Below are positions 26,676 through 39,480 of a stretch of 64,000 nt of DNA, in pieces. Both the position numbers and the translations under genes were made by a program. The notes beneath the pieces were generated by a model that did not search any database, was not told the origin of the DNA, and was given only the letters and a program-made list of their open reading frames with translations. This DNA is from Eledone cirrhosa (lineage: Eukaryota): assembly GCA_964016885.1 (NCBI GenBank), contig OZ024743.1, forward strand, positions 141,670,001-141,734,000, given 5' to 3'. The stretch's first letter is position 1. Every line of letters starts with the position of its first letter.

Positions 26676-27425
26676 GGTTCTTGGTGCTTGTTGTTTGGTG
26701 TTTGGTGTTTGGTGCTTGGTGCTTGGTGCTTGGTGTTTGGTGCTTCGTGCTTGGTGCTTGGTGTTTGGTGCTGCGTGTTTGGTGTTTGGTGTTTGGTGCT
26801 TGGTGCCTGGTGCTTGTTGTTTGGTGTTTGGTGCTTGGTGCCTGGTGTTTCGTGCTTGGTGCTTGGTGCTTGGTGTTTGATGTTTGGTGCTTGGTGTTTG
26901 GTGTTTGGTACTTGGTGCTTGGTGCTTGGTGCTTGGTGTTTGGTGCTTGGTGTTTGATGCTGCGTGCTTGGTGTTTGGTGTTTGGTGCTTGGTGCTTGGT
27001 GTTTGGTGTTTGGAGCTTGGTGCCTGGTGCTTGTTGTTTGGTGTTTGGCGCTTGGTGCTTGGTGTTTGGTGTTTGGCGCTTGGTGCTTGGTGTTTGGTGT
27101 TTGGTGCTTGGTGCTTGGTGCTTGGTATCTGGTGTTTGGTGCTTGATGTTTGGTGTTTGGTGCTTGGTGTTTGGTGTTTGGTGCTTGGTGTTTGGTGCTT
27201 GGTGTTTGGTGTTTGGTGTTTGATGCTTGGTGTTTGCTGCTTGGTGCTTGGTGCTTGGTGTTTTGTGTTTGGTGCTTGGTGCTTGGTGCCTGGTGCTTGG
27301 TGCTTGGTGCTTGTTGTTTGGTTCTTGGTGCTTGGTGATTAGTGTTTGGTGCTTGGTGCTTGCTGATTGGTGTTTGGTGTTCGGTTCTTGGTGCTTGGTG
27401 TATGGTGTTTAGTGTCTGGTGCTTG
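25850..27425 (+). repeat. Copy of the block at ~16040-17700 (offset 9813, then 9729)
   Basis: ORF pairs 16231/26044, 16413/26226 and 16784/26597 (9813); 17155/26884, 17498/27227 and 17613/27342 (9729). An 84-bp (12-monomer) deletion near 26830 accounts for the change. Confidence 0.85.
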
Positions 27426-29119
27426 GTGCTTGGTGCTTGGTGTTTGGTGCTTGGTGCTTGGTGCTTGGTGTTTGGTGCTGCGTGCTTGGTGTTTGGTGTT
27501 TGGTGTTTGGTGCCTGGTGCTTGTTGTTTGGTGTTTGGTGCTTAGTGCTTGGTGTTTGGTGTTTGGTGCTTGGTGCTTGGTGGCTGGTGCTTGGTGCTTG
27601 GTGTTTGGAGTTTGGTGCTTGGTGCTTGGTGCCTGGTGTTTCGTGCTTGGTGCTTGGTGCTTGGTGTTTGGTGTTTGGTGCTTGGTGTTTGGTGTTTGGT
27701 GCTTGGTGCTTGGTGTTTGGTGTTTGGTGCTTGGTGTTTGGTGCTTGGTGCTTGGTGCTGGGTGTTTGGTGCTTGGTGCTTGGTGTTTGGTGCTTGGTGC
27801 TTGGTGCTTGGTTTTTGGTCCTTGGTGCTTGGTGCTTGGTCTTTGGTGCTTGGGTTTTGGTGTTTGGTGCTTGGTGCTTGGTGTTTGGTGCTTGGTGCTT
27901 GGTGCTTGGTGCTTGGTGTTTGGTGCTTGGTGCGTGGTGTTTGGTGTTTGGTGCTGGGTGCATGGAGTTTGGTGCTTCGTGCTTGTGCTTGGTGTTTGGT
28001 GTTTGGTGCTTGGTATTTGGTGTTTGGTGTTTGATGCTTGGTTTGTGGTGCTTGGTGCTTGGTGTTTTGTGTTTGGTGCTTGGTGCTTGGTGTTTGATGT
28101 TTGGTCCTTGGTGCTTGGTGTTTGGTGATTGGTGCTTGGTGCCTGGTGCTTGGTGCTTGGTGCTTGTTGTTTGGTGCTTGGTGCTTGGTGATTAGTGTTT
28201 GGTGCTTGGTGCTTGGTGTTTGGTGCTTGGTGTTTGGTGCTTGGTGCCTGGTGCTTGGTGTTTGGTGTTTGATGCTTGGTGTTTGGTGTTTGGTGTTTGG
28301 TACTTGGTGTTCGGTGCTTGGTGCTTGGTGCTTGGTGCTTGGTGTATGGTGTTTGGTGCTTGGTGCTTGGTGTTTGATGTTTGGTCCTTGGTGCTTGGTG
28401 TTTGGTGTTGTGTGCTTGGTGCTTGGTGCTTGATGTTTGGTGCTTGGTGCTTGGTGCTTGGTGTTTGGCGTTTGCTGTTTGCTGTTTGGTGTTTGGTGTT
28501 TGCTGTTTGGTGTTTGCTGTTTGGTGTTTGGTGTTTGGTGCTTGCTGTTTGGTGCTTGGTGCTTGGTGTTTGGTGTTGGGTGCTTGGTGTTTGGTGCTTG
28601 GTGCTTGGTGCTGAGTGTTTGGTGCTTGGTGCTTGGTGTTTGGTGTTTGGTGATTGGTGCTTGGTGTTTGGTCCTTGGTGCTTGGTGCTTGGTCTTTGGT
28701 GCTTGGGTTTTGGTGTTTGGTGCTTGGTGCTTGGTGTTTGGTGCTTGGTGCTTGGTGCTTGGTGCTTGGTGTTTGGTGCTTGCTGCTTGGTGCTTGGTGT
28801 TTGGTGCTTGGTGCTTGGTGATTAGTGTTTGGTGATTGGTGCTTGGGGTTTGGTGTTTGGGGCTTGGTGTTTGGTGCTTAGTGCTTGCTGTTTGGTGTTT
28901 GGTGTTTGGTTCTTGGTGCTTGGTGTTTGGTGTTTGGTGTTTGGTGATTGGTGCTTGGTGCTTGGTGTTTGGTGCTTGGTGCTTGGTGTTTGGTGCTTGG
29001 TGCCTGGTGCTTGTTGTTTGGTGTTTGGTGCTTAGTGCTTGGTGTTTGGTGTTTAGTGCTTGGTGTTTGGTGGCTGGTGTTTGGTGCTTGGTGTTTGGAG
29101 TTTGGTGCTTGGTGCTTGG

Positions 29120-29560
29120 TGCCTGGTGTTTCGTGCTTGGTGCTTGGTGCTTGGTGTTTGGTGTTTGGTGCTTGGTGTTTGGTGTTTGGTACTTGGTGCT
29201 TGGTGCTTGGTGCTTGGTGTTTGGTGCTTGGTGTTTGATGCTGCGTGCTTGGTGTTTGGTGTTTGGTGCTTGGTGCTTGGTGTTTGGTGTTTGGAGCTTG
29301 GTGCCTGGTGCTTGTTGCTTGGTGTTTGGCGCTTGGTGCTTGGTGCCTGGTGTTTCGTGCTTGGTGCTTGGTGCTTGGTGTTTGGTGCTTGGTGTTTGGT
29401 GTTTGGTACTTGGTGCTTGGTGCTTGGTGCTTGGTGTTTGGTGCTTGGTGTTTGATGCTGCGTGCTTGGTGTTTGGTGTTTGGTGCTTGGTGCTTGGTGT
29501 TTGGTGTTTGGAGCTTGGTGCCTGGTGCTTGTTGCTTGGTGTTTGGCGCTTGGTGCTTGG
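29120..29560 (+). repeat. ~217-224 bp local tandem duplication
   Basis: TTCGTGC...TTGGTAC...TTGATGCTGCGTGC...TTGGAGC...TTGTTGC...TTGGCGC occurs twice; ORF starts 29245 and 29462 are 217 bp apart. Confidence 0.8.
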
Positions 29561-31519
29561 TGTTTGGTGTTTGGTGCTTGGTGCTTGGTGCTTGGTATCT
29601 GGTGTTTGGTGCTTGATGTTTGGTGTTTGGTGCTTGGTGTTTGGTGTTTGGTGCTTGGTGCTTGGTGTTTGGTGCTTGGTGCTTGGTGTTTTGTGTTTGG
29701 TGCTTGGTGCTTGGTGCCTGGTGCTTGGTGCTTGGTGCTTGTTGTTTGGTGCTTGGTGCTTGGTGATTAGTGTTTGGTGCTTGGTGCTTGCGGTTTGGTG
29801 TTTGGTGCTTGGGGCTTGGTGCTTGGTGCTTGGTGCTTGGTGTTTGGTGCTTGGTGCTTGATGTTTGGTGCTTGGTGCCTGGTGTTTTGTGTTTGGCGTT
29901 TGCTGTTTGCTGTTTGGTGTTTGGTGCTTGCTGTTTGGTGCTTGGTGCATGGTGTTTGGTGTTTGGTGTTTTGTGCTTGGTGCTTGGTGTTTGGTGCTTG
30001 GTGCTTGGTGCTGGGTGTTTGGTGCTTGGTGCTTGGTGTTTGGTGCTTGGTGCTTGGTGCTTGGTGTTTGGTCCTTGGTGCTTGGTGCTTGGTATTTGGT
30101 GCTTGGGTTTTGGTGTTTGGTGCTTGGTGCTTGGTGTTTGGTGCTTGGTTCTTGGTGCTTGGTGCTTGGTGTTTGGTGATTGCTGCTTGGTGCTTGGTGT
30201 TTGGTACTTGGTGCTTGGTGATTAGTGTTTGGTGATTGGTGCTTGGGGTTTGCTGTTTGGTGCTTGGTGTTTGGTGCTTGGTGCTTGCTGTTAGGTGTTT
30301 GGTGTTTGGTTCTTGGTGCTTGGTGTTTGGTGTTTGGTGTCTGGTGCTTGGTGCTTGGTGCTTGGTGTTTAGTGTTTGGTGTTTGGTGCTTGGTGTTTGG
30401 TGCTTGGTGCTTGGTGCTGGGTGGTTGGTGTTTGGTGCTTGGTGCTTGGTGTTTGGTGCTTGGTGCTTGGTGCTTGGTGCTTGGTCTTTGGTGCTTGGAG
30501 TTTGGTGGTTGGTGCTTGGTGCATGGTGTTTGGTGTTTGGTGTTTGCTGTTTGGTGTCTGCTTTTTGGTATTTAGTGTTTGCTGTATGGTGTTTGCTGTT
30601 TCGTATTTGGTGCTTGGTGTTTGGTGCTTGGTGCTTGGTGTTTGGCGTTTGGTGCTTGGTGCTTGGTGTTTGGTGCTTGGTGCTTGGTGTTTGGTGTTTG
30701 GTGCTTGGTGCCTGGTGCTTGTTGTTTGGTGTTTGGTGCTTGGTGCTTGGTGTTTGGTGTTTGGTGCTTGGTGTCTGGTGTTTGGTGCTTGGTGTTTGGT
30801 GTTTGGTGCTTGGTGCTTGGTGTTGGTGTTTGGTGTTTGGTGCTTGGTGCTTGGTGTTTGGTGTTTGGTGCTGGGTGCTTGGAGTTTGGTGCTTGGTGTT
30901 TGGTGCTTAGTGCTTGGTGTTTGGTGTTTGGTGCTTGCTGTTTGGTGTTTGGTGTTTGATGCTTGGTTTTTGCTGCTTGTTGCTTGGTGCTTGGTGCTTG
31001 GTGTTCTGTGTTTGGTGCTTGGTGCTTGGTGCCTGGTGCTTGGTGCTTGGTGCTTGTTGTTTGGTGCTTGGTGATTAGTGTTTGGTGCTTGGTGCTTGGT
31101 GTTTGGTGTTTCGTGTTTCGTGCTTGGTGTCTAGTGTTTGGGTTTTGGTGTTTGGTGCTTGGTGCTTAGTGTTTGGTGTTTGTGCTCGGTGCTTGGTGTT
31201 TGGTGTTTGGTGCTTGGTATTTGGTGCTTGGTGCTTTGTGCTTGCTGTTTGGTGCTGGGTGTATGGTGTTTGGTGCTTGGTGCTTGGTGCTTGGTGTTTG
31301 GTGTTTGGTGCTTGGTACTTGGTGTTTGGTGTTTGATGCTTGGTGTTTGATGCTTGTTGCTTGGTGCTTGATGTTTTGTGTTTGGTGTTTGGTGCTTGGT
31401 GCTTGGTGTTTGGTGCTTGGTTCTTGGTGCTTGGTGCTTGGTGCTTGGTGTTTGGTGCTTGGTGCTTGGTGTTTGGTGCTTGGTGTTTGGTGTTTGGTGC
31501 TTGGTGTTTGGTACTTGGT

Positions 31520-32450
31520 GCTTGGTGCTTGGTGTTAAGTGTTTGGTGCTTGGTGCTTGGTGTTTGGTGCTTCGTGCTTGGTGCTTGGTGTTTGGTGGAT
31601 GGTGCTTGGTGTTTGGGGCTTGGTGCCTGGTGCTTTGTGTTTGGTGCTAGGTGCTTGGTGCTTGGTCTTCGGTGTTTGGTGCTTGGTGCTTGGTGCTTGG
31701 TGTTTGGTGCTTGGTGCTTGGTGCTTGGTTATTAGTGTTTGGTGCTTGGTGCTTGGGGTTTGGTGTTTGGTGCTTGGTGCTTTGTGTTTGGTGTTTGCTG
31801 TATGGTGTTTGCTGTTTCGTGTTTGGTGTTTGCTGTTTGGTGTTTAATGCTTGGTGCTTGGTGCTTGGTGCTTGGTGCTTGGTGCTTGGTGTTTGGCGTT
31901 TGCTCTTTGCTGTTTGGTGTTTGGTGCTTGCTGTTTGGTGTTTGGTGTTTGGTGTTTGGTGTTTGGTGCTTGCTATTTGGTGCTTGGTGCTTGGTGTTTG
32001 GTGTTTGGTGCTTGGTGTGTGGTGTTAAGTGTTTGGTGCTTGGTGCTTGGTGTTTGGTGCTTCGTGCTTGGTGCTTGGTGTTTGGTGCATGGTGCTTGGT
32101 GTTTGGCGCTTGGTGCCTGGTGCTTTGTGTTTGGTGCTAGGTGCTTGGTGCTTGGTGTTTGGTGCTTGGTGCTTGGTGCTTGGTTATTAGTGTTTGGTGC
32201 TTGGTGCTTGGGGTTTGGTGTTTGGTGCTTGGTGCTTGGTGTTTGGTGTTTGCTGTATGGTGTTTGCTGTTTCGTGTTTGGTGTTTGCTGTTTGGTGTTT
32301 AATGCTTGGTGCTTGGTGCTTGGTGTTTGGTGCTTGGTGCTTGGTGCTTGGTGTTTGGCGTTTGCTCTTTGCTGTTTGGTGTTTGGTGCTTGCTGTTTGG
32401 TGTTTGGTGTTTGGTTTTTGGTGTTTGGTGCTTGCTGTTTGGTGCTTGGT
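31520..32450 (+). repeat. ~455-490 bp tandem duplication inside the diverged central zone
   Basis: Rare monomers TAAGTGT (~31536, ~32026), TTAATGC (~31844, ~32299) and TTGCTCT (~31899, ~32362) recur in the same order. A third TAAGTGT is at ~33089. Confidence 0.8.
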
Positions 32451-35400
32451 GCTTGGTGTTTGGTCTTTGGTGTTTGGTGCTTGGTGCTTGGTGTTTGGTG
32501 CTTGGTGCTTGGTGCTTGGTGCTGGGTGTTTGGTGCTTGGTGCTTGGTGTTTGGTGCTTGGTGCTTGATGCTTGGTGCTTGGTGTTTGGTCCTTGGTGCT
32601 TGGTGCTTGGTCTTTGGTACTTGGGGTTTGGTGTTTGGTGCTTGGTGCTTGGTGTTTGGTGCTTGGTGCTTGGTGCTTGGTGTTTGGTGTTTGGTGCTTG
32701 CTGCTTGGTGCTTGGTGTTTGGTGCTTGGTGCTTGGTGATTAGTGTTTGGTGCATGGTGCTTGGTGTTTGTTGTTTGGTGCTTGGTGCTTGGTGTTTGGT
32801 GCTTGGTGCTTGCTGTTTGGTGTTTAGTGTTTGGTGCTTGGTGCTTGGTGTTTGGTGTTTGGTGTTTGGTGTTTGGTGCTTGGTGCTTGGTGTTTGGAGC
32901 TTGGTGTTTGGTGCTTGGTGTATGTACTTGGTGCTTGGTGCTTGGTGTTTGGTGCTTGGTTCTTGGTGTTTGGTGCTTCGTGCTTGGTGCTTGGTGTTTG
33001 GTGCTTGGTGCTTGGTGTTTGGTACTTGGTGCTTGGTGTTTGGTGTTTGGTGTTTGGGGTTTGGTGCTTGGTGCTTGGTGCTTGGTGTTAAGTGTTTGGT
33101 GCTTGGTGCTTGGTGTTTGGTGCTTCGTGCTTGGTGCTTGGTGTTTGGTGCATGGTGCTTGATGTTTGGGGCTTGGTGCCTGGTGCTTGGTGTTTGGTGC
33201 TTGGTGCTTGGTGCTTGGTGTTTGGTGTTTGGTGCTTGGTGCTTGGTGTTTGGTGCTTGGTGCTTGGTGCTTGGTGTTCGGTGCTTGGTGCTAGGTGCTT
33301 GGTACTTGGTGTTAGGTTTTTGGTGCTTGGGGCTTGGTGTTTGATGATTGGTCCTTGGTGCTTGGAGTTTGGTGTTTGGTGCTTGGTGCTTGGTGCTTGG
33401 TGTTTCGTGTTTGGTGCTTGCTGCTTGCTGCTTGGTGTTTGGTGCTTGGTGATTGGTGCTTGGTGTTTGGTGCTTGGTGGTTGGTGCTTGGTGTTTGGTG
33501 TTTGGTGCTAGGTGCTTGGTGCTTGGTGTTTGGTGCTTGGTGCTTGGTGTTTGGTGTTTGATGCTTGGTGCTTGGGGCTTGGTGTTTGGTGCTTGCTGCT
33601 TGGTGTTTGGTGCTTGCTGCTTGGTGTTTGTTGTTTGGTGTTTGGTGCTTGGTGTTTGGTGCTTGGTGCTTGGTGCTGGGTGGTTGATGTTTGGTGCTTG
33701 GTGCTTGGTATTTGGTGCTTGGTGCTTGGTGCTTATTGTTTGGTGCTTGGTGCTTGGTGCTTGGTGCTTGGTCTTTGGTGCTTGGTGTTTGGTGTTTGGT
33801 GTTTGGTGTTTGGTGTTTGTGCTTGGTGCTTGGTGCTTGGTGTTTGGTGCTAGGTGCTTAACGCTTGGTGTTTGGTGCTTGGTGCTTAGTGCTTGGTGAT
33901 TAGTGTTTGGTGATTGGTGCTTGGGGTTTGGTGTTTTGTGTTTGCTGTTTGGTGTATGCGGTTTGGTGTCTGCTTTTTGGTGTTTGGTGTTTGCTGTATG
34001 GTGTTTGCTGTTTTGTGTTTCGTGTTTGCTGTTTGGTGTTTGGTGCTTGGTGCTTGGTGCTTGGTGTTTGGTGCTTGGTGCTTGGTGCTTGGTGTTTGGC
34101 GTTTGCTGTTTGCTGTTTGGTGTTTGCTGTTTGCTGTTTGGTGTTTGCTGTTTGGTGTTTGGTGCTTGGTGCTTGGTGGCTGGTGTTCGGCGCTTGGTGT
34201 TTGGATTTTGGTCCTTGGTGCTTGGTGCTTGGTGTTTGGTGTTTGGTATTTGGTGCTTGGTGCTTGGTGCTTGGTGTTTGGTGGTTGGTGCTTGGTGCTT
34301 GGTGTTTAATGCTGCGTGCTTAGTGTTTGGTGTTTGGTGCTTGGTGCTTGGTGTTTGGTGATTGGAGCTTGGTGCCTGGTGCTTGTTGTTTGGTGCCTGG
34401 TGCTTGTTGTTTGGTGTTTGGTGCTTGGTGCTTGGTGTTTGGTGCTTGGTGCTTGGTGCTTGATGTTTGGTGCTTGGTGCTTGGTGTTTGGTGCTTGGTG
34501 CTTGGTGCTTGGTGCTTGGTGTTAGGTGTTTGGTGCTTGGTGCTTGGTGTTTGATGTTTGGTCCTTGGTGCTTGGTGTTTGGTGTTTGGTGCTTGGTGCT
34601 TGGTGTTTGGTGTTTTGTGTTTGGAGTTTGGTGCTTGGTGTTTGGTGCTTCGGGCTTGGTGCTTGGTGTTTGGTGCTTGGTGCTTGGTGTTTGGTGCTTG
34701 GTGCCTGGTGCTTGGTGTTTGGTGCTTGGTGCTTGGTGTTTGGTGATTGGTGCTTGGTGTTTGGTGCTTGGTGCTTGGTGCCTGGTGCTTGGTGTTAGGT
34801 GTTTGGTGCTTGGTGCTTGGTGTGTGATGTTTGTTCCTTGGTGCTTGGTGTTTGGTGTTTGGTGCTTGGTGTTTGGTGTTTGGTGTTTGGTGCTTGGTGC
34901 TTGGTGTTTGGTGCTTGCTGCCTGCTGCATGGGTTTTGGTGCTTGGTGATTGGTGCTTGGTGTTTTGCGCTTGGTGCTTGGTGTTTGGTGTTTGGTGTTT
35001 GGTGCTTGGTGCTTGGTGCTTGGTGCTTGGTGTTTGGTGCTGCGTGCTTGGTGTTTGGTGTCTGGAGTTTGGTGCTTGGTGCTTGGTGCCTGGTGTTTCG
35101 TGCTTGGTGCTTGGTGCTTGGTGTTTGGTGTTTGGTGCTTGGTGTTTGGTGCTTGGTGCCTGGTGCTTGGTGTTTGGTGCTTGGAGCTTGGTGTTTGGTG
35201 ATTGGTGCTTGGTGTTTGGTGATTGGTGCTTGATGCTTGGTTCTTGGCGTTAGGTGTTTGGTGCTTGGTGCTTGGTGTTTGATGTTTGGTCCTTGGTGCT
35301 TGGTGTTTGGTGTTTGGTGCTTGGTGTTTGGTGCTTGGTGTTTTGTGCTTGATGCTTGGTGTTTGTTGTTTGGTGCTAGTGGCTTAGTGTTGGTGCTTGG

Positions 35401-36257
35401 TGTTTGGTGCTTGGTGCTTGCTGTTTGGTGTTTGGTGCTTGGTGCGTGGGACTTAGTGTTTGGTGTTTGGTGCTTGGTGTTTGGTGCTTGGTGTTTGGGG
35501 CTTGGTGTTCGGTGCTTGGTGCCTGGTGCTTGGGGCTTGGTGTTTGGTGTTTGGTGCTTGGTGCTTGGTGTTTGATGTTGGGTCCTTGGTGCTTGGTGCT
35601 TGGTGTTTGGTGCTTGGTGTTTGGTGCTTGGTGCTTGATGTTTGGTGTTTGGTTCTTGGTGCTTGGTGTTTGGTGTTTGGTGTTTGGTGCTTGGTGCTTG
35701 GTGCTTGGTGTTTGGTGCTTGGTGCATGGTGCTTGGTGCTGCGTGCTTGGTGTTTGGTGTTTGGTGCTTGGTGCCTGGTGCTTGTTGTTTGGTGTTTGGT
35801 GCTTAATGCTTGGTGTTTGGTGTTTGGTGCTTGGTGCTTGGTGGCTGGTGTTTGGTGCTTGGTGTTTGGAGTTTGCTGCTTGGTGCTTGGTGCCTGGTGT
35901 TTCGTGCTTGGTGCTTGGTGCTTGGTGTTTCGTGTTTGGTGCTTGGTGTTTGGTGCTTGGTGCTTGGTGCTTGGTGCTTGGTGTTTGGTGCTTGGTGTTT
36001 GATGCTGCGTGCTTGGTGTTTGGTGTTTGGTGCTTGGTGCTTGGTGTTTGGTGTTTGGAGCTTGGTGCCTGGTGCTTGTTGTTTGGTGTTTGGTGCTTGG
36101 TGCTTGGTGATTGGTTTTTGGTGCTTGGTGCTTGGTGCTTGGTATCTGGTGTTTGGTGCTTGATGTTTGGTGTTTGGTGCTTGCTGCTTGGCGCTTGGTG
36201 TTTGGTGTTTGGTGCTTGGTGCTTGGTGTTTGGTGCTTGGTGTTTGTTGTTTTGTGT

Positions 36258-39200
36258 TTGGTGTTTGGTGTTTGGTACCTGGTGCTTGGTGCTTGGTGCT
36301 TGTTGTTTGGTGCTTGGTGCTTGGTGATTAGTGTTTGGTGCTTGGTGCTTGCGGTTTGGTGTTTGGTGCTTGGGGTTTGGTGTTTGCTGCTTGGTGCTTG
36401 GTGTTTGGTGCTTTGTGCTTGGTGCTTGGTGTTTGGTGCTTGGTGCTTGGAGTTTGGTGCTTGGTGCTTGGTGTTTGGTGTTTGGCATTTGCTGTTTGCT
36501 GTTTGCTTTTTGGTGTTTGCTGTTTGCTGTTTGCTGTTTGGTGTTTGCTGTTTGGTGCTTGATGTTTGGTGCTTGGTGCTTGGCGTTTGGTGTTTGGTGT
36601 TTGGTGCTTGGTGCTTGGTGTTTGGTGCTTGGTGCTTGGTGCTGGGTGTTTGGTGCTTGGTGCTTGGTGTTTGGTGCTTGGTGCTTGTTGCTTGGTGTTT
36701 GGTCCTTGGTGCTTGGTGCTTGGGTTTTGGTGTTTGGTGCTTGCTGTTTGGTGCTTGCTCTTTGGTGCTTGGTGCTTGGTGATTCGTGTTTGGTGATTGG
36801 TGCTTGGGGTTTGGTGTTTGGTGCTTGGTGTTTGGTGCTTGGTGCTTGCTGTTTGGTGTTTGGTGTTTGGTTTTGGTGCTTGGTGTTTGATGTTTGGTGT
36901 TTGGTGCTTGGTGCTTGGTGTTTGGTGCTGCGTGCTTGGTGTTTGGTGTTTGGTGCTTGGTGCCTGGTGCTTGTTGTTTGGTGTTTGGTGCTTAGTGCTT
37001 GGTGTTTGGTGTTTGGTGCTTGGTGGCTGGTGCTTGGTGCTTGGTGTTTCGTGCTTGGGGCTTGGTGCTTGGTGTTTGGTGTTTCGTGCTTGGTGTTTGG
37101 TGTTTGGTACTTGGTGCTTGGTGCTTGGTGCTTGGTGTTTGGTGCTTGGTGTTTGATGCTGCGTGCTTGATGTTTGGTGTTTGGTGCTTGGTACTTGGTG
37201 CTTGGTGTTTGGTGTTTGGTGCTTGGTGCTTGGTGTTTGGTGCTTGGTGTTTGGTGTTTGGTGTTTGATGCTTGGTGTTTGCTGCTTGGTACTTGGTGCT
37301 TGGTGTTTTGTGTTTGGTGCTTGGTACTTGGTGATTAGTGTTTGGTGCTTGGTGCTTGCGGTTTGGTGTTTGGTGCTTGGGGTTTGGTGTTTGGTGCTTG
37401 GTGCTTGCTGCTTGGTGCTTGGTGTTTGGTGCTTGGTGCTTGGTGTTTGGTGTTTGGTGCTTGGGGTTTGGTGTTTTGTGCTTGGTGCTTGGTGTTTGGA
37501 GTTTGGTGCTTGGTGCTTGGTGCCTGGTGCTTGTTGTTTGGTGTTTGGTGCTTAGTGGTTGGTGTTTGGTGTTTGGTGCTTGGTGCTTGGTGGCTGGTGT
37601 TTGGTGCTTGGTGTTTGGAGTTTGGTGTTTGGTGCTTGGTGCCTGGTGTTTCGTGCTTGGTGCTTGGTGCTTGGTGTCTGGTGTTTGGTGCTTGGTGTTT
37701 GGTGTTTGGTACTTGGTGCTTGGGGCTTGGTGCTTGGTGTTTGGTGCTTGGTGTTTGATGCTGCGTGCTTGGTGTTTGGTGTTTGGTGCTTGGTGCTTGG
37801 TGTTTGGTATTTGGAGCTTGGTGCCTGGTGCTTGTTGTTTGGTGTTTTGTGCTTGGTGCTTGGTGTTTGGTGTTTGGTGTTTGGTACCTGGTGCTTGGTG
37901 CTTGGTGCTTGTTGTTTGGTGCTTGGTGCTTGGTGATTAGTGTTTGGTGCTTGGTGCTTGCGGTTTGGTGTTTGGTGCTTGGGGTTTGGTGTTTGCTGCT
38001 TGGTGCTTGGTGTTTGGTGCTTTGTGCTTGGTGCTTGGTGTTTGGTGCTTGGTGCTTGGAGTTTGGTGCTTGGTGCTTGGTGTTTGGTGTTTGGCATTTG
38101 CTGTTTGCTGTTTGCTTTTTGGTGTTTGCTGTTTGCTGTTTGCTGTTTGGTGTTTGCTGTTTGGTGCTTGATGTTTGGTGCTTGGTGCTTGGCGTTTGGT
38201 GTTTGGTGTTTGGTGCTTGGTGCTTGGTGTTTGGTGCTTGGTGCTTGGTGCTGGGTGTTTGGTGCTTGGTGCTTGGTGTTTGGTGCTTGGTGCTTGTTGC
38301 TTGGTGTTTGGTCCTTGGTGCTTGGTGCTTGGGTTTTGGTGTTTGGTGCTTGCTGTTTGGTGCTTGGTGTTTGGTGCTTGGTGCTTGGTGATTCGTGTTT
38401 GGTGATTGGTGCTTGGGGTTTAATGTTTGGTGCTTGGTGTTTGGTGCTTGGTGCTTGCTGTTTGGTGTTTGGTGTTTGGTTTTGGTGCTTGGTGTTTGAT
38501 GTTTGGTGTTTGGTGCTTGGTGCTTGGTGTTTGGTGCTGCGTGCTTGGTGTTTGGTGTTTGGTGCTTGGTGCCTGGTGCTTGTTGTTTGGTGTTTGGTGC
38601 TTAGTGCTTGGTGTTTGGTGTTTGGTGCTTGGTGGCTGGTGCTTGGTGCTTGGTGTTTCGTGCTTGGGGCTTGGTGCTTGGTGTTTGGTGTTTCGTGCTT
38701 GGTGTTTGGTGTTTGGTACTTGGTGCTTGGTGCTTGGTGCTTGGTGTTTGGTGCTTGGTGTTTGATGCTGCGTGCTTGATGTTTGGTGTTTGGTGCTTGG
38801 TACTTGGTGCTTGGTGTTTGGTGTTTGGTGCTTGGTGCTTGGTGTTTGGTGCTTGGTGTTTGGTGTTTGGTGTTTGATGCTTGGTGTTTGCTGCTTGGTA
38901 CTTGGTGCTTGGTGTTTTGTGTTTGGTGCTTGGTACTTGGTGATTAGTGTTTGGTGCTTGGTGCTTGCGGTTTGGTGTTTGGTGCTTGGGGTTTGGTGTT
39001 TGGTGCTTGGTGCTTGCTGCTTGGTGCTTGGTGTTTGGTGCTTGGTGCTTGGTGTTTGGTGTTTGGTGCTTGGGGTTTGGTGTTTTGTGCTTGGTGCTTG
39101 GTGTTTGGAGTTTGGTGCTTGGTGCTTGGTGCCTGGTGCTTGTTGTTTGGTGTTTGGTGCTTAGTGGTTGGTGTTTGGTGTTTGGTGCTTGGTGCTTGGT

Positions 39201-39480
39201 GGCTGGTGTTTGGTGCTTGGTGTTTGGAGTTTGGTGTTTGGTGCTTGGTGCCTGGTGTTTCGTGCTTGGTGCTTGGTGCTTGGTGTCTGGTGTTTGGTGC
39301 TTGGTGTTTGGTGTTTGGTACTTGGTGCTTGGGGCTTGGTGCTTGGTGTTTGGTGCTTGGTGTTTGATGCTGCGTGCTTGGTGTTTGGTGTTTGGTGCTT
39401 GGTGCTTGGTGTTTGGTATTTGGAGCTTGGTGCCTGGTGCTTGTTGTTTGGTGTTTTGTGCTTGGTGCTTGGTGTTTGGT
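36258..39480 (+). repeat. 1609-bp tandem duplication (230 monomers minus 1 base)
   Basis: ORF pairs 36331/37940, 36566/38175, 37163/38772 and 37338/38947; TTGGTACCTGG at 36272 and 37881. Confidence 0.9.

Noticed and set aside
31973-34930. Long minus-strand ORFs encoding (TKHQ[A/T]P[S/N])n, here 985 aa (also 5917-8499, 13846-16071, 27542-29950), superficially mucin-like or CTD-like heptads
   Set aside because: The minus strand has almost no T, so stops are rare by composition. ORF limits are not kept between paralogous copies (the matching ORF at 46356-47546 is 396 aa). No signal peptide or flanking domain. Only ribosome profiling or proteomics could revive this.
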